From positions 768 to 35,925 of the forward strand of contig QHUD01000204.1 of the NCBI GenBank assembly GCA_003221085.1: a stretch of DNA of 35,158 nt. The letters are read 5' to 3'. A program made the position numbers and the translations under genes. Source of the stretch: Gemmatimonadota bacterium (lineage in GTDB: Bacteria > Gemmatimonadota > Gemmatimonadetes > Gemmatimonadales > GWC2-71-9). Shown piece after piece: positions 26,228 to 32,258 of the stretch. The notes under the pieces were generated by a model. The model saw only the letters and a list, made by a program, of their open reading frames with translations. It ran no database searches and was not told the origin of the DNA. Within the stretch, counting starts at the first letter, position 1. Each line of letters begins with the position of its first letter.

Positions 26228-27629
26228 ACGGATGTATCTCGCCGTCGGCTTGTGCGCCGTGGTGGTCTACCTCGGCGCGCTGTGGAACCAGTTCGCCCTG
26301 GATGATATCCCGATCATCGTGGTGAACCCGCTGGTCGCGCACCCGTCAGGGATCTGGCGGGCGTTCACGGCGCCCTACTGGGCGGCAGACTTCGGCGGTC
26401 ACATGTACCGGCCATTGGTCATCGCGGGGTTCGCCCTCGATGCGCTGGTGGACGAGACCGTCTGGTTCCACGCGGTGAACCTGCTATGGCACGCCGGGGC
26501 CGCGGTGGCGGTCGCGGCCCTGGCCCGGCGCTGGATGGATACGGCGGGCGGGCTCGTCGCCGGGTTGCTGTTCGCGGTGCACCCCGTGCACGTGGAGGCC
26601 GTCGCGAACGTCGTGGGTCGCGCGGAGCTCATGGCGACGCTGTTCACGCTCCTCGTCGTGTACGCCGCGCTCGGTCGCGCTCACCCAGGCTGGAGCGCAG
26701 CCGCCCTCGCCTTCGGCCTTCTATCCAAGGAGAACGCGGCGGTCGCACCCGCTTTGGTCGTCTGGGCGTGGATGCTCGGCCTCGACCGGCCCGACCGACG
26801 CCGCATGGTCTCGCTCGTCGTCGGGTGGGTGCTGGTGGGCGTCGCGTACACCGCCGTTCGCACGTTGGTACGCCAGCCGTTCGGCGGGTACATGAGCGTC
26901 GCGCCGATGTTCATCGGCCAGTCGTGGCTCTCGGTGCGCCTCACCGCGGTCGCCGCGCTCGCCGATGTGGCGCGTCTGCTCGTCTTCCCACTCACGCTGC
27001 GCGTGGACTATTCGCCCAACGAGCGCACCATCGTCACGTCGCCCCTCGACCTCCGCTTCGCCGCCGGCCTGTTCTGCGCGCTGGTGTGGGCTGCCTTGTT
27101 GACCGTCTCCTGGAGGCGCGGGAGGAAGCTCGAGGCGTTCGGTCTCGGTTGGATCGGCGTCGCCTTCCTGCCCGTGGCCAACCTCCTCTATCCCGCCGGC
27201 TTCTACGTAGCGGAGCGCACGCTCTATCTCCCGTCAGCGGGGCTGGTGCTCGCGGCGACCGCCGCCCTGTGCCGCTTGCCGCGGGACCGCGTGCGCCTGG
27301 TGGTGGCGATTCTCTGCATACTCGGCGGCGTCCGCACCGCGCTGCGGGTTCCGGTGTGGCGCAATGATAACGCGGTCACGCTGAGCATCATCGAAGACTC
27401 GCCGGACTCCTACGGGGGTCCGGTGCGCATGGCCGGTGTGTACCTGGCGGCACTCGCGCTGGGCGACTCGGGTGCGGCGGATTCGCTCCTTGCGCGGCTC
27501 GAGCGCTTCTGCTCCGGCGCGTGCGCCGCCGGCTACCTCCGTTACGAGGCCACGATGGCGCGTGCCCACGGCTATCCGGGGACCGCCGACTCGCTGCTGG
27601 CTCGCGCCGGCCGGCTGCAGGAGCCGTGA
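26217..27629 (+). CDS. TMTC/DUF1736-like GT-C fold membrane glycosyltransferase, paralog 2
   Basis: The ATG overlaps paralog 1 by 11 nt. The product is collinear with paralog 1 (ALWNQFALDDIPII, FAVHPVHVEAVANVVGRAELMA, LLVFPLTLRVDYSP) but has a shorter C-terminal domain. Confidence 0.6.
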   Translation: MSPRRMYLAVGLCAVVVYLGALWNQFALDDIPIIVVNPLVAHPSGIWRAFTAPYWAADFGGHMYRPLVIAGFALDALVDETVWFHAVNLLWHAGAAVAVAALARRWMDTAGGLVAGLLFAVHPVHVEAVANVVGRAELMATLFTLLVVYAALGRAHPGWSAAALAFGLLSKENAAVAPALVVWAWMLGLDRPDRRRMVSLVVGWVLVGVAYTAVRTLVRQPFGGYMSVAPMFIGQSWLSVRLTAVAALADVARLLVFPLTLRVDYSPNERTIVTSPLDLRFAAGLFCALVWAALLTVSWRRGRKLEAFGLGWIGVAFLPVANLLYPAGFYVAERTLYLPSAGLVLAATAALCRLPRDRVRLVVAILCILGGVRTALRVPVWRNDNAVTLSIIEDSPDSYGGPVRMAGVYLAALALGDSGAADSLLARLERFCSGACAAGYLRYEATMARAHGYPGTADSLLARAGRLQEP

Positions 27630-27659
27630 GGGCCGAAGGACAGCACGTTGCGCTCAGCG

Positions 27660-27680
27660 CGGGGCCTTGCAAAAAACCCG
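27660..27680 (+). promoter_or_regulatory. Conserved upstream motif CGGGGCCTTGCAAA-N3-CCCG, candidate enhancer (bEBP) site for pilA copy 1
   Basis: The same motif recurs at 28299-28319 and 28919-28939. In each case the GGGG run begins exactly 111 nt before the GGGCAC of the -24 element, although the intervening DNA has diverged and is AT-richer. Confidence 0.4.
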
Positions 27681-27771
27681 ACTCGACCCAGTGTCGCGGA
27701 GCGTACTAAGAATCGCCCCTATCTATCTAACGTATTGCAGGACAGCGCCTTATGGTACGTTAAGTGACACA

Positions 27772-27787
27772 GGGCACGGGCTTTGCT
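27772..27787 (+). promoter_or_regulatory. Sigma-54 (-24/-12) promoter of pilA copy 1
   Basis: GGGCAC-gggct-TTGCT matches TGGCAC-N5-TTGCW with correct GG/GC spacing. It lies 92 nt upstream of ATG 27864. Confidence 0.7.
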
Positions 27788-27863
27788 TTACCCACCCGTG
27801 GGAAATTGTGCTTCAGGAAGTTTTGGGTAGTCATGAGCTGGACTTCAACGGGGGTAAAGTCAG

Positions 27864-28211
27864 ATGAACCGCAAGGGTTTCACACTCATTGAGCTGCTGA
27901 TCGTGGTGGTGATCATCGGCATTCTGGCCGCCATCGCGATCCCGAAGTTCGCCAACACGAAGGCGAAGGCGTACATCGCCTCCATGAAGTCGGACCTTCG
28001 GAACCTGGTGACCGCCGAAGAGGCGTATTTCGCCGACTCGGTCAAGTACAGCGCGACGCTGGGGACCATCGGTCTCGCGGCCGGTAACGGCGGCTGGAGC
28101 GTGACGGTCACGAACAACAACCTGACCACTCCGCTGGTGACGTGCGCGATCTTCATTAACACCGCGGCGTTGGCGCCGGCGGCCTCGGAAGGCGCGCCCG
28201 CCTGTCAGTAA
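27864..28211 (+). CDS. pilA: Type IVa major pilin PilA (intact copy)
   Basis: 115 aa. The class III signal is MNRKG/FTLIELLIVVVIIGILAAIAIPKF with Glu5. A C-terminal disulfide loop runs VTC...APAC-Q. Confidence 0.9.
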   Translation: MNRKGFTLIELLIVVVIIGILAAIAIPKFANTKAKAYIASMKSDLRNLVTAEEAYFADSVKYSATLGTIGLAAGNGGWSVTVTNNNLTTPLVTCAIFINTAALAPAASEGAPACQ

Positions 28212-28239
28212 GTCGGCGAGCCTTGCGGACATCTGACGA

Positions 28240-28269
28240 GCGGCGGGGACTTCCCCGCCGCTTCGTTTT
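28240..28269 (+). terminator. Rho-independent terminator after pilA copy 1
   Basis: GCGGCGGGG-actt-CCCCGCCGC followed by TTCGTTTT. Confidence 0.75.
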
Positions 28270-28298
28270 GGCCTTCTCAGGGGCCATTGCGGTCGGCC

Positions 28299-28319
28299 CG
28301 GGGCCTTGCAAATATCCCG
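28299..28319 (+). promoter_or_regulatory. Conserved upstream motif (copy 2), candidate enhancer site
   Basis: cggggccttgcaaatatcccg, 111 nt upstream of the copy-2 -24 element. Confidence 0.4.
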
Positions 28320-28410
28320 AATTTATCGATTCTGTTAGGCGACTCGAGCGCGTCCGTTCTCTCCTGTAACTGCTTGCAACGGAGTGTGTTAGGCGCGTTT
28401 CCGTGACGCA

Positions 28411-28426
28411 GGGCACGAGGTTTGCT
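28411..28426 (+). promoter_or_regulatory. Sigma-54 (-24/-12) promoter of pilA copy 2
   Basis: GGGCAC-gaggt-TTGCT, 71 nt upstream of ATG 28482. Confidence 0.65.
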
Positions 28427-28481
28427 TCACGTATCACTTTGAAGAGTCCGCTGCCATCGACTCGAACGGGGGTAAAGTCAG

Positions 28482-28830
28482 ATGAACCGCAAGGGTTTCA
28501 CACTCATCGAGCTGCTGATCGTGGTGGTGATCATCGGCATTCTGGCCGCCATCGCGATCCCGAAGTTCGCCAACACGAAGGCGAAGGCGTACATCGCCTC
28601 CATGAAGTCGGACCTTCGGAACCTGGTGACCGCCGAAGAGGCGTATTTCGCCGACTCGGTCAAGTACAGCGCGACGACGTCGTGCACCACGCCGCCCACC
28701 GCGGGTAGGTGGCTGGAGCGTGACGGTCACGAACAACAACCTGACCACTCCGCTGGTGACGTGCGCGATCTTCATTAACACCGCGGCGTTGGCGCCGGCG
28801 ACCACGGAAGGCGCGCCCGCCTGTCAGTAA
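28482..28830 (+). pseudogene. pilA: pilA copy 2, frameshifted in the central variable patch (349 nt; zero-frame ORF ends at 28778)
   Basis: The first 194 nt are identical to copy 1 apart from one synonymous change. The 35-nt variable patch encodes TSCTTPPTAG. After ggt-a-ggt the conserved C-terminal module (GGWSVTVTNNNLTTPLVTCAIFINTAALAPATTEGAPACQ, stop 28828-28830) is in the +1 frame. Confidence 0.75.
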
Positions 28831-28857
28831 GCGGCGAGCCTTGCGGACATCTGACGA

Positions 28858-28889
28858 GCGGCGGGGACTTTCCCCCGCCGCTTCGTTTT
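28858..28889 (+). terminator. Rho-independent terminator after pilA copy 2
   Basis: GCGGCGGGG-loop-CCCCGCCGC followed by TTCGTTTT. Confidence 0.7.
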
Positions 28890-28918
28890 GGCCTTCTCAG
28901 GGGCCATTGCGGTCGGCC

Positions 28919-28939
28919 CGGGGCCTTGCAAAAGTCCCG
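28919..28939 (+). promoter_or_regulatory. Conserved upstream motif (copy 3), candidate enhancer site
   Basis: cggggccttgcaaaagtcccg, 111 nt upstream of the copy-3 -24 element. Confidence 0.4.
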
Positions 28940-29030
28940 GTTTGCTCGATTGCTTCCGGGACGAGAAGCTGTCGGTTCAATCGATGTAACTGGTTTTCAT
29001 AAACCGTCTTATGCGCCTTTTGGTGACGCA

Positions 29031-29046
29031 GGGCACGCGGTTTGCT
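29031..29046 (+). promoter_or_regulatory. Sigma-54 (-24/-12) promoter of pilA copy 3
   Basis: GGGCAC-gcggt-TTGCT, 72 nt upstream of ATG 29103. Confidence 0.65.
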
Positions 29047-29102
29047 TCATCCACCGGGTGGGAAGATCCCGCTCTAATCGACTTCAACTGGAGCAATGTC
29101 AG

Positions 29103-29442
29103 ATGAACCGCAAGGGTTTCACACTCATTGAGCTGCTGATCGTGGTGGTGATCATCGGCATTCTGGCCGCCATCGCGATCCCGAAGTTCGCCAACACGAA
29201 GGCGAAGGCGTACATCGCCTCCATGAAGTCGGACCTTCGGAACCTGGTGACCGCCGAAGAGGCGTATTTCGCCGACTCGGTCAAGTACAGCGCGACCCGT
29301 CGGCCTCGCGGCCGGTAACGGCGGCTGGAGCGTGACGGTCACGAACAACAACCTGACCACTCCGCTGGTGACGTGCGCGATCTTCATTAACACCGCGGCG
29401 TTGGCACCGGCGACCACGGAAGGCGCGCCCGCCTGTCAGTAA
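29103..29442 (+). pseudogene. pilA: pilA copy 3, 8-nt shorter variable patch causing a frameshift (340 nt; zero-frame ORF stops at 29318 after 71 codons)
   Basis: The first 194 nt are identical to copy 1. The 26-nt patch is copy-1-like but lacks 8 nt, giving ...SVKYSATRRPRGR-stop. The conserved 120-nt C-terminal module continues in the +1 frame to TAA 29440-29442. The track ORF start at 28926 is an upstream read-through artefact. Confidence 0.75.
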
Positions 29443-29472
29443 GCGGCGACCTTGCGGCGGCATCCGAACTGA

Positions 29473-29501
29473 GCGGCGGGGACTTCCCCGCCGCTTCGTT
29501 T
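29473..29501 (+). terminator. Rho-independent terminator after pilA copy 3
   Basis: GCGGCGGGG-actt-CCCCGCCGC followed by TTCGTTT. Confidence 0.7.
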
Positions 29502-29520
29502 CTATGCCTATTCCAGCGCC

Positions 29521-30651
29521 ATGGCGGCCAAGCCCGCGCTCCGGACCGAGCTGCTCTTCTACCTGTCGTTCCTCGCCGCCGCCGCCCTGCTGATTGGGGT
29601 GGCGACCATGCTGGTCGCCACGAGTTTCGCTCCCGAGCGGACGTTCGTGCTGGTGATGCTCCTGGTCGCTCTGGAAGTGGCCGTGTTCCTCGTGTTCGGA
29701 CGCTACCTCGTAAACCGGCTGGTCCTGTGGCCTCTGGAGCGCGTGGTCGCCACCGCCGACGCGGTGGCGGACGGCGACCTGGCGCGGCGCGCGCCGGACG
29801 CGGAGACGCGCGACTTCGCCACCCTCGCGGAGCGGCTCAACCGCATGACCGATCACCTGCTCGATGCGCAAGGGCAGCTGGTGCGCTCGGAGAAGCTCGC
29901 CAGCATCGGCCGGCTGGCGGCCGGGATCGCCCATGAGGTAGGCAACCCGCTGGGCGCGATCGGAACCTACGTGGAAGTCCTGCGGCGCCGTGGCGCCGAC
30001 CCGGGGGTGGTCGCGGGCGTGACGCGCGAGCTCGAGCGCCTCGACCACATCGTGCGCGGGCTCCTGGACTACGCGCGACCCCAGGAGGAGCCGCTCGCGC
30101 CGCTCGATGCCGCTGCGGTGGCGCGGAGCGCCTACGGGCTGCTCGAGGCGCAGGGAGCGCTGAAGCCCGTGCGCCCGCGCCTCGAGGTCGCGGGCGACGT
30201 GCCACGGATGCTCGGCCGGGCGCACCTCCTGGAGCAGGCGATCGTCAACCTGGTACTGAACGCGGTCGATGCGGCGCCCCAGGGGGTCGTGATCCTCGGG
30301 GCGAGGGCGTGGGCGTACGAGTCGCGGCGCGCGTCGCCCAAGCGGGCGGACGATCCGCAGCGGAGTGCGTTTCCGCGCGGCGCCGAGCGTCGTCCGGGGC
30401 GCGCAGACTTCACTCCCGGGCAGCGGGGAGTGCTCCTCTACGTGGCGGATTCGGGCCCTGGCGTCCTCCCCGAGGACCGCGACACGATCTTCGAGCCGTT
30501 CTACACCACGAAGGCCCCGGGCCGGGGAACCGGATTGGGCCTCGCGATCGTCGCGCGGGCGGTGCACGACATGGGAGGGGTGGTGTGGGTGGACACGGCG
30601 CGGGAGGGAGGGGCGGCGTTTAAGATGTTCTTCCCGGAGGCGACCGCGTGA
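29521..30651 (+). CDS. Sensor histidine kinase (2 TM, HAMP, HisKA, HATPase_c)
   Basis: 376 aa with two N-terminal TM helices and a HAMP-like linker (LERVVATADAVADGDLARR...LAERLNRMTDHL). Kinase motifs: H-box (AAGIAHEVGNPLGAI), N-box (LVLNAVDAA), G1 (DSGPGV) and G2 (GRGTGLGLAIV). Confidence 0.85.
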   Translation: MAAKPALRTELLFYLSFLAAAALLIGVATMLVATSFAPERTFVLVMLLVALEVAVFLVFGRYLVNRLVLWPLERVVATADAVADGDLARRAPDAETRDFATLAERLNRMTDHLLDAQGQLVRSEKLASIGRLAAGIAHEVGNPLGAIGTYVEVLRRRGADPGVVAGVTRELERLDHIVRGLLDYARPQEEPLAPLDAAAVARSAYGLLEAQGALKPVRPRLEVAGDVPRMLGRAHLLEQAIVNLVLNAVDAAPQGVVILGARAWAYESRRASPKRADDPQRSAFPRGAERRPGRADFTPGQRGVLLYVADSGPGVLPEDRDTIFEPFYTTKAPGRGTGLGLAIVARAVHDMGGVVWVDTAREGGAAFKMFFPEATA

Positions 30652-30701
30652 TGCTTTCACGATCCCCACGGCGAGCCTCGAGGATCGACGAGCGCGCGAT
30701 C

Positions 30702-30739
30702 TACTCCGCATTCCGCACTCCACATTCCGCACTTCGCAC
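30702..30739. repeat. Direct array of CATTCCG-type heptamers abutting the start codon of the second NtrC-type regulator
   Basis: The array is tactccg cattccg cactcca cattccg cacttcg cac, followed directly by ATG. The 17-mer acattccgcacttcgca is shared exactly with the 13.6-kb array. Confidence 0.85.
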
Positions 30740-32125
30740 ATGACACGAGTCCTCGTCGTAGACGACGAACCCGGCCTGCGCCAGTCGCTCGGCCTATTGC
30801 TGGCGGACGCCGGTTACGACGTGGTGGCCGAGGGTAACGGGACGCGAGCGCTCGAGCGCGCGCTCGCCGAGTCGTTCGACCTGGTGCTGTGCGACGTGCG
30901 AATGCCAGAGATGGAGGGGCTGGCCTTCCTGCGCGCTTACAAAGGACGAGGTGGTACGGCCCTGGTCATCATGATGAGCGCCTACGGCGGCGAGGAAGCG
31001 GCGCTCGCGGCCATGAAGGAGGGCGCGTACGACTACATCCCCAAGCCGTTCCGGCCGGACGAGGTCGTCCTCACCCTTCGCAAGGCGGAGGAGCGGGAGC
31101 GGCTAGGGCGCACCATCGCGACACTAAGGGCACAGTTAGATAGCGCTCCTGCAGCCCGGGCGCTGATTGCCGAGAGCCCGGCCATGCGACAAGCCCTGGA
31201 GATCGTGGCGCGCGTGGCGGGTCATCCCACGACGGTACTGATCACGGGCGAGCGCGGCACCGGCAAGGAGGTCATCGCGCAAGCGATCCACCGAGCCAGT
31301 GCCCGCGCGGCGGGCCCGTTCGTGGCGGTGAACTGCGCCGCGATTCCCGACACGCTGCTCGAGTCGGAGCTGTTCGGCTACGTGAAGGGGGCGTTCACCG
31401 GGGCCGCCGCGGATCGTCCGGGGCTGTTCGAGCAAGCCGATGGCGGAACCCTCCTGCTCGACGAGGTGGGCGAGCTGCCGCTGGCGCTCCAGGCAAAGCT
31501 GCTGCGCGTGCTGCAGGAGAATGAGATCCGCCGGGTGGGAGACCAGAAGACGCGGCGCGTCGACGTGCGACTGCTCGCGGCGACTGCCAAGGACCTCGGC
31601 GCCGAGGCGGCGTCCGGCCGGTTTCGACACGATCTCCTGGACCGCTTGAACGTCGTGGCCATTCACCTGCGCCCGCTGTCCGAACGGCGCGCCGACATCG
31701 CGCCCCTGGCGGCGCATTTTGCTGCCCGGCTTGCCGGCCGGCTGGGCCGGCGCGTGGCCTTGAGCGAGGCGGCGCTCGCGTGGCTCGGCGAGCAGCCGTG
31801 GCCGGGCAACGTGCGCTCGCTCGAGCACGCCATCGAGCGGGCGGCGGTGCTGTCGGAAAAGGAGGTTCTGGAGCCGAAGGACTTTGGGCCCACCCCGGGC
31901 TTGCGCCCGGGGTCAGCACTGACCCCCGACACGCCACTGACCTCGGGCGCAAGCCCGGGGTTGCCGGAGACCGGGACCCTCAAGCACGCGGTCGAGCTGG
32001 CCGAGCGCCAGGCGATTACCGCAGCTCTCGGGGCGGCGGCAGGCAACCGCCGCGAGGCTGCCAAGCGGCTCGGCGTGAGCCTCCGGACGCTCTTCTACAA
32101 GATGGACCGATACGGCATCGAGTAG
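30740..32125 (+). CDS. Sigma-54-dependent response regulator (REC, AAA+, HTH), second NtrC-family activator
   Basis: 461 aa starting MTRVLVVDDEPG. It has the receiver Asp (LVLCDVRMPE), GERGTGKE, GAFTGA and the HTH (NRREAAKRLGVSLRTLFYKM). The Pro/Gly-rich linker (PTPGLRPGSALTPDTPLTSGASPGLPE) is encoded by the repeat at 31893-31960. Confidence 0.85.
   Translation: MTRVLVVDDEPGLRQSLGLLLADAGYDVVAEGNGTRALERALAESFDLVLCDVRMPEMEGLAFLRAYKGRGGTALVIMMSAYGGEEAALAAMKEGAYDYIPKPFRPDEVVLTLRKAEERERLGRTIATLRAQLDSAPAARALIAESPAMRQALEIVARVAGHPTTVLITGERGTGKEVIAQAIHRASARAAGPFVAVNCAAIPDTLLESELFGYVKGAFTGAAADRPGLFEQADGGTLLLDEVGELPLALQAKLLRVLQENEIRRVGDQKTRRVDVRLLAATAKDLGAEAASGRFRHDLLDRLNVVAIHLRPLSERRADIAPLAAHFAARLAGRLGRRVALSEAALAWLGEQPWPGNVRSLEHAIERAAVLSEKEVLEPKDFGPTPGLRPGSALTPDTPLTSGASPGLPETGTLKHAVELAERQAITAALGAAAGNRREAAKRLGVSLRTLFYKMDRYGIE
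31893..31960. repeat. GC-rich double-hairpin element (24-nt unit, 20-nt spacer, inverted 24-nt unit) inside the regulator coding sequence
   Basis: CCCCGGGCttgcGCCCGGGGtcag, then cactgacccccgacacgcca, then ctgaCCtCGGGCgcaaGCCCGGGG. The unit is identical to 4256-4279. Confidence 0.85.
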
Positions 32126-32161
32126 TGCAGTACTCTGCAGTTATGCAGTATTCTGCAGTAC
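32126..32161. repeat. 18-bp tandem direct repeat (TGCAGTAYTCTGCAGTNN, two units) giving four TGCAG boxes
   Basis: The units are tgcagtactctgcagtta and tgcagtattctgcagtac (15/18 identical). The repeat starts directly after the regulator stop codon, at the head of an AT-rich island that precedes the minor-pilin operon. Confidence 0.8.
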
Positions 32162-32258
32162 CTCACCGCCTTGCCGAACTATGTAATACAATACAATGCA
32201 ACAACTTACGCTACGGCATAAGGTGTGATAGGGATACTCCACGACTGGAGGCATTGTC

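Noticed and set aside
28926-29318. 130-aa ORF implying a long N-terminal extension on pilA copy 3
   Set aside because: The extension runs through the sigma-54 promoter and leader. All three copies share the MNRKG/FTLIE prepilin signal, so ATG 29103 is the start.
28676-29322. Canonical programmed ribosomal frameshift signals in pilA copies 2 and 3
   Set aside because: There is no X-XXY-YYZ slippery heptamer, no prfB-like CUU-UGA-C site and no obvious downstream pseudoknot. Only the weak GGT-A-GGT / AGG feature in copy 2 was seen, so recoding is kept as a low-probability alternative inside the main finding.
27860-29417. Repeated minus-strand ORFs (100, 73, 61, 123 and 146 aa) inside the pilin cassettes
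   Set aside because: They are antisense images of the repeated pilA modules. Their repetition simply mirrors the pilA triplication, and their sequences have no signal or motif.
32161-32258. Sigma-54 promoter for the minor-pilin operon
   Set aside because: The only GGCA-containing candidate (cGGCATaaggtGTGA) lacks the TTGC -12 element. No correctly spaced GG-N10-GC match was found.
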